The notes under the pieces are model-generated. The model worked only from the letters and a program-made list of their open reading frames with translations. It did no database searches and was not told the DNA's origin. Below are positions 1 to 9,587 of a stretch of DNA of 21,908 nt, one piece after another. The stretch's first letter is position 1, and each line of letters starts with the position of its first letter. This DNA comes from an uncultured Bacteriovoracaceae bacterium (GTDB lineage Bacteria > Bdellovibrionota > Bacteriovoracia > Bacteriovoracales > Bacteriovoracaceae), in assembly GCA_964012805.1 (NCBI GenBank), contig CAXGUD010000056.1, forward strand, positions 1 to 21,908, given 5' to 3'. Both the position numbers and the translations under genes were made by a program.

Positions 1-40
1 CTTACTTTATCACTGCTTACTTTATCACTGCTTACTTTAT
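1..40. repeat. 15-bp tandem repeat (CTTACTTTATCACTG, at least 2.7 copies, truncated by the window edge)
   Basis: cttactttatcactg cttactttatcactg cttactttat; encodes KVSSD-KVSSD-KV in the minus-strand ORF. Confidence 0.9.
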
Positions 41-443
41 TTTTAATATCGGATTTAGCAACAAAAGTCTCAGTGAAATTATTTTTTTCTCCATTAGTTC
101 TAAAGTTTATTACTGGATCATAAAAGCTTAGATCTATTGCCTTTGAATCTTGGAAAAGAGATAGTAAAGGAATATTACTTTTTACTTTCTCAACTTTAAA
201 AAGAGTTTTTCCCTCTGAACCGGTAACTTCAAAACCGGCGACTTCGACATTAAGCGAAAGAAATAAGCTTGTCTCTATTGAATTTATTTTAAATTTAGCT
301 TTGGGAAAGCTTTTTTTAAGTTGGGTTAAGGTGATTTCCTTAATCTTTTCAGGAGGAAAAGCTTGTTTTATATAAAAAAATAAAGCTAGGAATGATATTA
401 AAGTTATTACTAAAAACACACCAAGATATTTTAATAATTTCAT
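1..443 (-). CDS. AsmA-like protein, 5' part only (runs off the window start)
   Basis: Not in the ORF track. Manual translation from ATG at 443 (GAGG RBS upstream) is open to position 1: MKLLKYLGVFLVITLISFLALFFYIKQAFPPEKIKEITLTQLKKSFPKAKFKINSIETSLFLSLNVEVAGFEV...NIPLLSLFQ...FYDPVINFRTNGEKNNF... An N-terminal TM anchor, an amphipathic helix and then beta-strand patterns resemble AsmA N-termini. The family call is by eye. Confidence 0.7.
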   Translation of the reverse strand, partial: MKLLKYLGVFLVITLISFLALFFYIKQAFPPEKIKEITLTQLKKSFPKAKFKINSIETSLFLSLNVEVAGFEVTGSEGKTLFKVEKVKSNIPLLSLFQDSKAIDLSFYDPVINFRTNGEKNNFTETFVAKSDIKNKVSSDKVSSDKV

Positions 444-509
444 TCTATTCCTCTATATTTTTTGTAAAATTAGATTTTAACAAAAAAAATTTTTTGTTGA
501 AAATTTAAT

Positions 510-2774
510 TCAAATTTTTTTTAGAGGAGCGAACTTAACCATAAACTTTTTTCTTTCCCCACCAAGAAACTCAATTACCACCTTTTCCTCAGTCCCAAAG
601 CCCTGATTATCAATTACTAAACCTTCTCCGTATAAAGAATGAAGGACTTTAATACCTTTTGGGAATTTACTTGATTCTTTTCTTTTCTTTTCATAACTTG
701 AAGGGAAATCACCAACTTGATAAACTTTTTCATCATCATATTCTCTATCATTAAAATCCGAATCATTTAAGTCTTCATACTCAGACCCTTCTTCACTTAA
801 GTTATCCGTTTTTTTCCGCCAAAAGTAGAATTGCTCTGGTATCTCATAGATAAACCGACTGGGTCCATTAAACCTCATCATACCGTGAAGCATTCTTCCT
901 TGGGCAAAACAAATATATAGCTTTTTCATTGCCCTCGTCATAGCAACATAGAAAAGTCTTCTTTCTTCTTCTAAACCCTGGTCTCCATTTTCAAGGCTCA
1001 TAAATGAGGGAAAAATATTTTCCTCTGAACCTACTAGGAATACATAATTAAACTCTAGTCCCTTTGAACCGTGTATTGTCATTAAAGAAACTTCTCCTAG
1101 ATTCTTTTTTTCTTCAATTTTCTCTTCACTACTACCATCTAAGGTAATCGTTTCTAAAAAACCAAGTAATGTCGGAGTACTTTGTCCACTTTCAAATTGC
1201 TTAATCGCATTCACTAACTCCTCTAAGTTTTCTACCCTAGCCAATGATTCATAATCTTTACTGGATTTAAGAAAACTTAAGTAACCTGAATCGTGCAGAA
1301 TCTTTTCAAAAATATCACTTGGACAAATTTTGCTTTGATTTAAGTCTTTACCTTCTTGAATCATATTAACAAATTCACTAATACTCGACTTTACCTTCTG
1401 ACTGATTTTTAAATGAAAATATTCCTCACTATTTTTTACAAAACCTTCTATTGTTTCCCACAAAGAACGTCCTGTTCTAATAGCTTCCTCTTCAAACTTT
1501 CTTAGAGTTACCGATCCAATACCTCGAGAAGGGGTATTGATAATTCTACTTAAGGCCAATGAATCCTTGTCATTAACAATCAATCTTAAGTATGAAAGAA
1601 GGTCCTTTATTTCCTTCCTTTCATAAAATTTTGTTCCACCAACTACTCTGTAAGGAATATTATTACTTCTTAAATAGTCCTCAACAATTCTTGATTGTGA
1701 ATTTGCTCTATAAAAAACAGCGATATCTCTATATAAAACCTTTTCATCTTTATTCTCAATGAGCTCTTTAATTTCTGTACTTACAAAGCTTGCCTCATCC
1801 TTATCATTTTTTAATTCTACAATTTGAACTGAATCACCTCTTTCATTTTCGGTCCACATTTCTTTGCCTTTTCTCATTTTATTTTGAGAAATAACACAAG
1901 AAGCAGCTTCTATAATATTTTTTGAAGAGCGGTAATTTTGTTCAAGTTTCAATACTTCAGCATCGTGAAATACCTTTTCAAACTCTAATATATTTCTTAT
2001 GTCCGCTCCTCTCCAAGAATATATGGATTGATCTTCATCCCCCACAACACAGATATTCTTTTTTTCATTTGCCAAAAGCTTGACCAGTTCAAATTGAGCC
2101 CTATTGGTATCTTGGTATTCATCAACAAGAATATATTGAAATCTATTTTTGTAAGTTTCTAGAACTGTTGGATGTTTTTCAAAAAGTTCTAGTGTCCCAG
2201 TAATCAATCCACCAAAGTCACAGGCATTGGCTTTATGAACTTCTCTTTCATATTCTTCAAAATAGGGAAAATATTCATCCTTCTCATCTAATTCAGATAA
2301 TGAGTCTTCTCTACCAATATAATGACCGTTATTTTTTAAGCCTTCTATAAAGTATAAAATTTCTGATGGTGGTAACTCCTTAGGACTTATTCCTTTTCTG
2401 CCCAAGATATTTTTTATAACAGCTTTAGATTCTGTTTGATCATAAATGGTAAAATTTCTACTTAAGCCAAGGTAGTTAGCCTCAGTTCTCAAAACTTTTG
2501 CACAGAAGGAATGAAAGGTTGTCACTTGCAAGGCACCTAAATCAAGGTTGGCTTCTGATGAAATCCTCTCCCTCATTTCTCTTGCAGCTTTATTAGAGAA
2601 TGTTAGTGCTAAAACTTGAAAAGGGCTAATCTTCAAATTCTCTAAAAGGTAGACTATTCTTGCTACTAAGGTCCTTGTCTTACCCGATCCAGCTCCAGCT
2701 AAAACCATTAGAGGCCCCTCAGTCTTTAAAACCACACTTTTTTGACCCTGACTTAAGCTTTCTAGATTTATCAT
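510..2774 (-). CDS. pcrA: ATP-dependent DNA helicase PcrA/UvrD (SF1A)
   Basis: Motifs AGAGSGKT, TFSNKAAREM, TFHS, VDEYQD, VGDEDQSIYSWRGA, LEQNYRS, MTIHGSKGLEF, EERRLFYVAMTRA, plus a C-terminal Tudor-like tail (VLHSLYGEG). ATG at 2774 lies 6 nt after GAAGGT; the ORF track starts at TTG 2777. Confidence 0.95.
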   Translation of the reverse strand: MINLESLSQGQKSVVLKTEGPLMVLAGAGSGKTRTLVARIVYLLENLKISPFQVLALTFSNKAAREMRERISSEANLDLGALQVTTFHSFCAKVLRTEANYLGLSRNFTIYDQTESKAVIKNILGRKGISPKELPPSEILYFIEGLKNNGHYIGREDSLSELDEKDEYFPYFEEYEREVHKANACDFGGLITGTLELFEKHPTVLETYKNRFQYILVDEYQDTNRAQFELVKLLANEKKNICVVGDEDQSIYSWRGADIRNILEFEKVFHDAEVLKLEQNYRSSKNIIEAASCVISQNKMRKGKEMWTENERGDSVQIVELKNDKDEASFVSTEIKELIENKDEKVLYRDIAVFYRANSQSRIVEDYLRSNNIPYRVVGGTKFYERKEIKDLLSYLRLIVNDKDSLALSRIINTPSRGIGSVTLRKFEEEAIRTGRSLWETIEGFVKNSEEYFHLKISQKVKSSISEFVNMIQEGKDLNQSKICPSDIFEKILHDSGYLSFLKSSKDYESLARVENLEELVNAIKQFESGQSTPTLLGFLETITLDGSSEEKIEEKKNLGEVSLMTIHGSKGLEFNYVFLVGSEENIFPSFMSLENGDQGLEEERRLFYVAMTRAMKKLYICFAQGRMLHGMMRFNGPSRFIYEIPEQFYFWRKKTDNLSEEGSEYEDLNDSDFNDREYDDEKVYQVGDFPSSYEKKRKESSKFPKGIKVLHSLYGEGLVIDNQGFGTEEKVVIEFLGGERKKFMVKFAPLKKI

Positions 2775-2808
2775 CAATTTACCTTCAATTTTTAATAATT
2801 AGTAATTG

Positions 2809-2828
2809 AGGCCTTTTGACAAAGGCCT
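2809..2828. other. Perfect 8-bp stem hairpin (AGGCCTTT-tgac-AAAGGCCT) in the pcrA leader
   Basis: Inverted repeat read directly. There is no U-tract on the minus strand, so function (operator, leader structure or weak terminator) is unresolved. Confidence 0.4.
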
Positions 2829-2938
2829 TAGAAGAGCTGTTTATTCTCAAACGCGCTTTTATACCATGGCGGAAGAGTAGATTCTACCTGTGAAATAAAA
2901 CGACTATTATGAAAGTATAGAAAAATTTAAACTTTTTT

Positions 2939-3277
2939 CTATTTTATTGGTGTTGCTCCACTTTCAGTTCTTATAATCTTGCCATCCTTAACAGTATGCA
3001 CTGCCATAATAGCTTCTTTACTTCCATCCGGGAAACTGCCCATATTATGCATAACTAAAATATCATTATTTTCATACAAACATCTGTTTTCACTAAAAGT
3101 CAGTTTACCCTCTCCCATTGCATTAAACATGCCAGTAACAGTAACTTCCCATTCTTTTTTGGGAACTGATTCACCCATCTGATGGCGCACAAAAATGAAG
3201 TCTTTGTGTAAAAGGTCTAAATAGGCAGACAGGTCTTTATCCTTAAGGCACTTAATCATTTTTTTATATACCGACAC
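2939..3277 (-). CDS. SnoaL/NTF2-like family protein
   Basis: 112 aa, GTG start with AGGAG RBS. The pattern of N-terminal helices (DLSAYLDLLHKDFIF) and C-terminal 'TVKDGKII' is typical of the NTF2-like fold. Confidence 0.75.
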   Translation of the reverse strand: MSVYKKMIKCLKDKDLSAYLDLLHKDFIFVRHQMGESVPKKEWEVTVTGMFNAMGEGKLTFSENRCLYENNDILVMHNMGSFPDGSKEAIMAVHTVKDGKIIRTESGATPIK

Positions 3278-3433
3278 TTAAGACACTCCTGTTAAATAAA
3301 TTTATAAACTTCAAGTTGTAGTATGGAAAAATACTATACTGTAAAAAGGTAAAATAATTAAGAAATTACTTCAAAGTAATAGATTAGGACCTAATAAAAG
3401 CCAGGAATTTTTAGATCTTATTTAAATAAGGAT

Positions 3434-3595
3434 TCATTTGAAAAATTTATATCCTAACTCCAAAAGTTTGAAATTCCTCCGAATCCCATGAACGGCCAAT
3501 GCATAAGAGATTATCAACAAAATGGAAGTTTACAGCATTGCAACAAGGGTTATGATTTCAACGACAAAGGGAATGAACAAGTCAGAGCTCAACAT
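3434..3595 (-). pseudogene. Possible degraded membrane-protein gene fragment
   Basis: MLSSDLFIPFVVEIITLVAML*TSILLIISYALAVHGIRRNFKLLELGYKFFK*: a hydrophobic frame interrupted by one TAA (3530-3532); no clear RBS. Confidence 0.25.
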
Positions 3596-3651
3596 TTTTT
3601 AAAATAAACAACTCAGTTTTTATTAAGTTTATAAAACGCCCACTTACACCA

Positions 3652-5463
3652 TCATTCAACTGTAACAGACTTCGCCAAATTTCTAGGCTTATCAATATCT
3701 GTACCCTTGAATTTGGCCATATAGTAAGAAAGTAATTGGTTGGCAACATTGACATAAATTGGTGACAACTCTTCTAAGCCATCAAAGTTAAGAGGTATAT
3801 AGTGGTCACTTAAAGCTTCTAGATCTTTTCTATCTTTGGGTCCTAAAATAACAATGACTCCTCTTCTCGCTTTTATTTCCTCAACATTCGACACAGCTTT
3901 TTCTAATAGCTCAGGCCCAATAATTGCGACATTAACCATCTCCTCGTCAATTAAAGCAATTGGTCCATGCTTAAGTTCGCCAGCTGCATACCCCTCAGCA
4001 TGGACGTAGGCAATCTCTTTAAGTTTAAGTGCTCCTTCAAGAGCAATCGGAAAATATTGGCCTCTGCCTGTAAAGAAGAAGCCTTTATAATTATAAATTT
4101 CTTCTGCTATCTTTTTAATTTTATCAACTTGAGACAGCAATACTTCAAGCCTGTGAGCCAACAAAGAAAACTTAGTCCTCAACTCTCCATAAGAAGGTGT
4201 TCCTTTTAAGGACTCTGCCATTATACGGCCGGTAAGAACTTGCTGGGTAAATGCTTTTGTACTTGCCACCCCTATTTCAACACCAGCTTTAATAAAAAGG
4301 TTTTGATCACACAACCTAGAAAGTGTAGATCCTTCAACATTAACAAGGGAGTAAGTTTTTACTTTTCTTTCAACGCAAAGATTAAGTGCAGCCAATGTAT
4401 CCGCAGTCTCACCTGATTGACTAATAAAAAGCCCCAAATCTGACTCTTGAAAGATCGGATCTCTGTAACGAAACTCACTTGCCAACTCAGCGGAAACAGG
4501 TATTCGATTTATTGACTCAATAAAATTACGAATAACCAAACCAGCATAATATGCTGTTCCACAGGCATTAAGCTGTATACGACTAGGCTTTTCGTTTTCA
4601 ACATTTTTTAAAACCTCTTTCCCCGCACCTAAAAAATAATACTCTTCTAAAAAACGAATAAGCCCAGGCTGCTCGTGTATTTCCTTAAGCATATAATGCT
4701 CAAATTCACCCTTCTCTTGAGGTTCTAATCCACATTCTTGCTTTTTTGATACATACCTCTCAGATAATTCACCATTTTTTTCATAAAAAGTAATAGGTTT
4801 ATCTTTCTCTCCTGTTAGACAACAAACGACTTCATCCTCCGGGAAAAATATCTGATCAACCATACCAACTAGAGCATATGGATCAGAAGAAACCATAACT
4901 TCATTTGTTTTAAAATTTAAACCACATACAAGTGGAGCGCCTCTTTTTATTGCTAGGATTTGATTTGAACTTTTTTCCTGAATGACAAAGGCTGAGTTAC
5001 CTTGAACTTTTTCAAAAGACCGAGAAACAGCATCAAAAAGACTCATGCCTTGTCTTACGCTGTAATGGACTAGACCTAAAAAAACTTCAGAATCAGTATC
5101 CGATTTAAACTGTAATCCTTCGGAAATTAAATCTTTTTTAACTTCCGCTGCATTTTCTATAATGCCGTTATGGACTATGGATATAGTATCATTCAAGTGT
5201 GGATGAGAATTTTGATCGTTTACAACTCCATGAGTTGCCCATCGAGTGTGTCCCACGCAGGAGTTGGAGCTTAAATTAACTCCTCTTAAGAGGTTTTTTA
5301 AATTATGTAATTTTCCAGTTTTCTTAAAGAGAGTTAAGTTACCAAACTCATTTTTAAAACAAACTCCAGAAGAGTCATAACCGCGATACTCTAGCCTTTT
5401 AAGACCTTCAAGAACTACATGAACCGAGTTTTTATGACCTATATGTCCAACAATTCCACACAT
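3652..5463 (-). CDS. glmS: Glutamine--fructose-6-phosphate aminotransferase (isomerizing)
   Basis: N-terminal MCGIVG (catalytic Cys), LEYRGYDS, GHTRWATHG, HNGIIEN, SQSGETADT, VASTKAF, ELKHGP and C-terminal DKPRNLAKSVTVE. Confidence 0.98.
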   Translation of the reverse strand: MCGIVGHIGHKNSVHVVLEGLKRLEYRGYDSSGVCFKNEFGNLTLFKKTGKLHNLKNLLRGVNLSSNSCVGHTRWATHGVVNDQNSHPHLNDTISIVHNGIIENAAEVKKDLISEGLQFKSDTDSEVFLGLVHYSVRQGMSLFDAVSRSFEKVQGNSAFVIQEKSSNQILAIKRGAPLVCGLNFKTNEVMVSSDPYALVGMVDQIFFPEDEVVCCLTGEKDKPITFYEKNGELSERYVSKKQECGLEPQEKGEFEHYMLKEIHEQPGLIRFLEEYYFLGAGKEVLKNVENEKPSRIQLNACGTAYYAGLVIRNFIESINRIPVSAELASEFRYRDPIFQESDLGLFISQSGETADTLAALNLCVERKVKTYSLVNVEGSTLSRLCDQNLFIKAGVEIGVASTKAFTQQVLTGRIMAESLKGTPSYGELRTKFSLLAHRLEVLLSQVDKIKKIAEEIYNYKGFFFTGRGQYFPIALEGALKLKEIAYVHAEGYAAGELKHGPIALIDEEMVNVAIIGPELLEKAVSNVEEIKARRGVIVILGPKDRKDLEALSDHYIPLNFDGLEELSPIYVNVANQLLSYYMAKFKGTDIDKPRNLAKSVTVE

Positions 5464-5495
5464 CTTTCCCTCGTAGATTTAAATTTGAAACACTT

Positions 5496-6905
5496 CTATA
5501 ATTCTTCTTTATTTTTAATAAATTTTTTGGCCATGCCCTCTTTAGTAATCTGTCTGGAGCGTGCAATCGCAAAAGAACCGCTTGGCATGGATTGACCAAT
5601 AGTAGACCCGCTCGCAACAAAGCACCGATCACCAATTTCAACAGGAGCAATCATCTGAGTATCTGAGCCCACAAAAGAGTCTTTTCCTATCTTGGTAAAA
5701 TGTTTTTGTGCGCCATCATAATTGCACGTTATAAAACCACAGCCAATATTTGTCCTCTCACCAACCTCAGCATCTCCCACATAACTCAAATGAGAAACTT
5801 TAGACCCTTCACATAAAGTCGCCTTTTTAATTTCTACAAAGTTACCTATCTTCACAAAATTTTCAGCAATAGTTTTAGGTCTAAGATGAGCAAAAGGTCC
5901 TATTTTTACATCTTGAAAAACCGTTGCTTCATCCAAATAGGAATAGGATTTAACAACAGTACCGTCCCCCACTAAAGAGTTTCTTACGACTGCTCCCGCC
6001 TCAATAATACAACCTTTACCAATAGTGGTTTTCCCAAAGAAGAGAGTATTCGGGTATATGACAGACCCTTCCCCAATAACAACATCATCCTCTATATAAA
6101 CAGTATCAGACATAAGAAACCTTACGCCTTTCCCCCGGAGCCTACATACTTTTCTGTTTAGAAGCTCTTTTTCAGCTTCTTCTAATTGTTCTAAATTGTT
6201 AACTCCAAGAAAACATTTTTCATCGCTAGATAAAATAGGTTTGACCATATCACCAGACTCAATTACATCAGTAAGGTAATATTCTCCTTTATCACCTCTC
6301 GGTTTAAGGCCCTGAAGTTTTTTAACAACAAAGTCTGTTTTAAAAAGATATAAGCCAGAATTAACTTCCTTTACTGACCTTTGAAGCTCATCTGCCTCCT
6401 GTTCTTCAACTATGGACAACCCCGACTCACTTCGAATAATCCGTCCATATCCATATGGGTTAGGTGTTACAAAAGTAGCTAGAGCTCCTTGTACCTGATC
6501 TTCTAAACACTTCTCATAGAGAGCTTTAATATTTTGTGCAGTTAATAAAGGAGTGTCTGCGCAAAGCACTAGAGTTAAATCATATTGAGAAGAGCTTTCA
6601 CAATGAGCCGTAAAATATGAGTTAAGAGCATCACCCGTACCAAGAGGCTTTTCTTGCAGCGAAAAGCTTATAGGAATATTTGGATAACTTTCTTTAACAT
6701 ATTTCTCAACGTCTTCACTCTTGTGCCCTGTTACAACAGAGACAGATCCATCCACATTCTCACTTCTAAAAAAATCGAGTACCTGAGTTAAAGGGTAATC
6801 AATTAATTTTTTACCAAGTAATGGAGCCAATGGTTTGGCATCAATACCGACTAAACGAGTTCCTTTACCACCAGCTAAAATGACTGCACGAACCGATAAT
6901 CTCAT
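5496..6905 (-). CDS. glmU: Bifunctional UDP-GlcNAc pyrophosphorylase / glucosamine-1-phosphate N-acetyltransferase
   Basis: LAGGKGTR, LGTGDA, YGYGRI, EVNSG, EYYLTD, hexapeptide repeats, GPFAHLRP, GNFVEIK, HLSYVGD, CNYDG; immediately upstream of glmS. Start placed at ATG 6905 (AAGGGG RBS) rather than 6968. Confidence 0.97.
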   Translation of the reverse strand: MRLSVRAVILAGGKGTRLVGIDAKPLAPLLGKKLIDYPLTQVLDFFRSENVDGSVSVVTGHKSEDVEKYVKESYPNIPISFSLQEKPLGTGDALNSYFTAHCESSSQYDLTLVLCADTPLLTAQNIKALYEKCLEDQVQGALATFVTPNPYGYGRIIRSESGLSIVEEQEADELQRSVKEVNSGLYLFKTDFVVKKLQGLKPRGDKGEYYLTDVIESGDMVKPILSSDEKCFLGVNNLEQLEEAEKELLNRKVCRLRGKGVRFLMSDTVYIEDDVVIGEGSVIYPNTLFFGKTTIGKGCIIEAGAVVRNSLVGDGTVVKSYSYLDEATVFQDVKIGPFAHLRPKTIAENFVKIGNFVEIKKATLCEGSKVSHLSYVGDAEVGERTNIGCGFITCNYDGAQKHFTKIGKDSFVGSDTQMIAPVEIGDRCFVASGSTIGQSMPSGSFAIARSRQITKEGMAKKFIKNKEEL

Positions 6906-7044
6906 AAACAATAACCCCTTAAAAACTAAAGAAAAAAGTCGTGGATTGTGAAGCAAAGTGAGGTACAAAGGTCAAAAAACACATCGCATAAAAGACTTAA
7001 ATTATCAGAAATTCAAAGTTTATATATTAAGCTCACAAAAAGCT

Positions 7045-7072
7045 TAAAGACATTATCACTTTTTCCCGACCT
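7045..7072 (+). promoter_or_regulatory. Candidate sigma-28 (FliA)-type promoter upstream of lon
   Basis: TAAAGACA-N12-CCCGACCT versus consensus TAAAGTTT-N11-GCCGATAA; same geometry as the site at 14527-14554. Confidence 0.4.
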
Positions 7073-7130
7073 AGACAAAATAAACCTGGAAAAATGTGGT
7101 GTTACTTCTCACTTTTAGGAGCCAAGCATT

Positions 7131-9587
7131 ATGGGTACAAATTATGAGGACGATAATGTCGAATTTAAGGAGACGCTCCCTCTCCTGCCTATTAGGGATA
7201 TCGTTGTTTACCCCTTTATGATTCTTCCCTTATTTGTTGGGAGAGAGTCCTCAGTTCTAGCGGTTGAGCACGCCCTGGCCCAGAACGAAAGACTTATCTT
7301 TTTATCTAGTCAAAAAGATATTACAGCAGAGTCTCCAGAGCCCTCAGAAATTTATGAGCTTGGTACAGTTGCAATGATCATGAGAATGAGGAAGCTGCCA
7401 GACGGAAGAATAAAGATACTTGTTCAGGGTCTTTCAAAAGCAAGAATTCAATCATTTACCCAAACAGAACCTTTTTTTATTACAAACCTCACAAAAGTTG
7501 AAAACAAAAAGCTGGGAATTGAAGATGTTCCAATAACTGCTCTCATGAGAAATATTAAAGAGCAATTAGAAAAAGTCATTACACTTGGAAAAACCCTTTC
7601 TCCAGATATTCTTATTGTTTTGGAAGATATTCAAGACCCTGGACGGTTAGCAGACTTAGTTGCATCAAATTTAAACCTCCATGTAGCTGAAGCCCAAATT
7701 ATTCTTGAAATACTTGACCCTTTAGAAAGGCTTCACAAAATAAATGATATTCTTTCAAGAGAGCTTGAAATTTTAGCAATGCAGGCAAAAATAAGAAATG
7801 TTGCTATTGATGAAATTTCCAAATCTCAAAAAGAATACTTTCTTAGAGAACAAATTAAGGCCATAAAATCAGAACTTGGGGACGAAGCTCAAGAGAGCCC
7901 TGAAGATGAATTTGCTGAGTTTAGAGATAAAATAAGAAGGGCTAAAATGCCTCTCGAAGTTGAAAAAGAATGCAGAAAACAGGTAAACCGACTTGAAAAA
8001 ATGCACCCTGATTCATCTGAATCAAGCATTTTGAGAAACTACTTAGAGTGGTTAACAGAACTGCCTTGGTCTAGAAGTTCCAAAGAGTTAATCAATCTTA
8101 TCAGAGCTCAAGAAATACTTGATGAAGACCATTTCGATCTTGAAAAAGTAAAAGAAAGAATTCTTGAATACCTAGCTGTAAGACAACTTAAAGGCAACAA
8201 TATGAAAGGCCCAATCCTCTGTTTTTCGGGACCTCCAGGAGTTGGTAAAACATCGTTAGGTAAATCTATTGCGAAAGCGACTGGAAGAGAATTTGTTAGA
8301 ATAAGTCTAGGTGGAATAAAGGATGAGGCAGAAATAAGAGGTCATAGAAGGACTTACGTTGGGAGCATGCCTGGCCGTTTTATTCAAGCTTTAAAACAAG
8401 TCAATACAAATAATCCTGTAATACTATTAGATGAAGTGGACAAGATAGGCGGTGACTTTAAAGGTGACCCTTCTTCAGCTCTTCTTGAAGTATTGGATCC
8501 GGAACAAAATTCTACTTTTAGAGATCATTATCTAAATCTTCCTTTCAATTTATCAAATATCATGTTCATTGCTACGGCAAATGTTCTCGATAATATTCCT
8601 GAGCCTTTAAAAGACAGGATGGAAGTTCTCAACTTAAGTGGTTATACCCAAGAAGAGAAAATAGCCATTGCACACAAATACTTGGTTCCAAAACAACTTG
8701 AAGAAAATGGAATTACAAATGAACATATCTCTTTTAAGGACGAAGGTCTAACAACTCTTATAAGGAATTTTACTTCAGAAGCTGGACTGAGAAACCTTGA
8801 AAGACAAATTGGAGCTCTTTGTAGAAAAGTCGCTATGAAGATAGCGAAGGGTGAAACAGGTAAAACAATCATGGATGCTAAAACGGTCTGTGAATTATTG
8901 GGTCCACAAATTTATACTGATGAAGACAGAAAAATAAATGATGAGGTTGGTGTCGCCACTGGCTTAGCCTGGACTGCTGTAGGTGGACAAATTCTCTACA
9001 TTGAAGCAACAAAGATGAAAGGTAAAGGACTAACCCTGACTGGGCAACTAGGCGAAGTAATGAAGGAGTCAGCCCAGACGGCCATCGGCTTTATAAGGAG
9101 CCAATACCAAAATTTTTGTATAGATGAAGATGCATTCGAAAAAAATGAAATTCATATCCATTTACCCGCTGGTGCCATTCCTAAGGATGGGCCAAGTGCT
9201 GGTATAACTCTCGCTACAGCAATCGTTTCACTCTTAACTGGTTGTCCTATCCATAGGAAAATCGCCATGACGGGAGAAATTACTCTCACAGGAAAAGTAC
9301 TTCCTGTTGGAGGAATAAAAGAAAAAGCTCTTGCCGCAATGAGAATGGATATACCGACAGTTATCTTCCCTTATAAGAATAAGAAGGACTTGGTAGATAT
9401 ACCTCAAGAGTACAGGGATAAAATTGAATTTGTACCAGTCAAAACATTTGAGGAAGTCCTCGGGTTAGTCCTTGAAGGTTGGGATAAAAAGAAAAAAGAG
9501 TTTCAAGATAAATTTAAGAGGGAAAATTCCGATCTTGAAATAGAGTCCGGTAAAAAAGTAAAAGAAATCCCTCCAGCAGCGGCTTAA
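7131..9587 (+). CDS. lon: ATP-dependent Lon protease (LonA)
   Basis: N-domain LPLLPIRDIVVYP, Walker A GPPGVGKTS, GHRRTYVGSMPG, Walker B LLDEVDK, catalytic PKDGPSAG (Ser) and GGIKEK (Lys); AGGAG RBS. Confidence 0.98.
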   Translation: MGTNYEDDNVEFKETLPLLPIRDIVVYPFMILPLFVGRESSVLAVEHALAQNERLIFLSSQKDITAESPEPSEIYELGTVAMIMRMRKLPDGRIKILVQGLSKARIQSFTQTEPFFITNLTKVENKKLGIEDVPITALMRNIKEQLEKVITLGKTLSPDILIVLEDIQDPGRLADLVASNLNLHVAEAQIILEILDPLERLHKINDILSRELEILAMQAKIRNVAIDEISKSQKEYFLREQIKAIKSELGDEAQESPEDEFAEFRDKIRRAKMPLEVEKECRKQVNRLEKMHPDSSESSILRNYLEWLTELPWSRSSKELINLIRAQEILDEDHFDLEKVKERILEYLAVRQLKGNNMKGPILCFSGPPGVGKTSLGKSIAKATGREFVRISLGGIKDEAEIRGHRRTYVGSMPGRFIQALKQVNTNNPVILLDEVDKIGGDFKGDPSSALLEVLDPEQNSTFRDHYLNLPFNLSNIMFIATANVLDNIPEPLKDRMEVLNLSGYTQEEKIAIAHKYLVPKQLEENGITNEHISFKDEGLTTLIRNFTSEAGLRNLERQIGALCRKVAMKIAKGETGKTIMDAKTVCELLGPQIYTDEDRKINDEVGVATGLAWTAVGGQILYIEATKMKGKGLTLTGQLGEVMKESAQTAIGFIRSQYQNFCIDEDAFEKNEIHIHLPAGAIPKDGPSAGITLATAIVSLLTGCPIHRKIAMTGEITLTGKVLPVGGIKEKALAAMRMDIPTVIFPYKNKKDLVDIPQEYRDKIEFVPVKTFEEVLGLVLEGWDKKKKEFQDKFKRENSDLEIESGKKVKEIPPAAA

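Noticed and set aside
1..40. CRISPR array
   Set aside because: Repeats are head-to-tail with no spacers and lie in a coding frame; no cas genes
475..502. A/T-only inverted repeats (475-502, 2917-2942, 3319-3336) as terminators
   Set aside because: Stems are almost entirely A-T and weak; not distinguishable from background
2867..2890. Minus-strand CAGGTAGAATCTACTCTTCCGCCA resembles a tRNA-Sec/Ser 3' end (possible att remnant)
   Set aside because: No cloverleaf upstream, no TTCGA T-loop and no integrase; a ~10-nt match could be chance
5464..5495. glmS ribozyme
   Set aside because: Only 32 nt separate glmU and glmS, too short for the ribozyme
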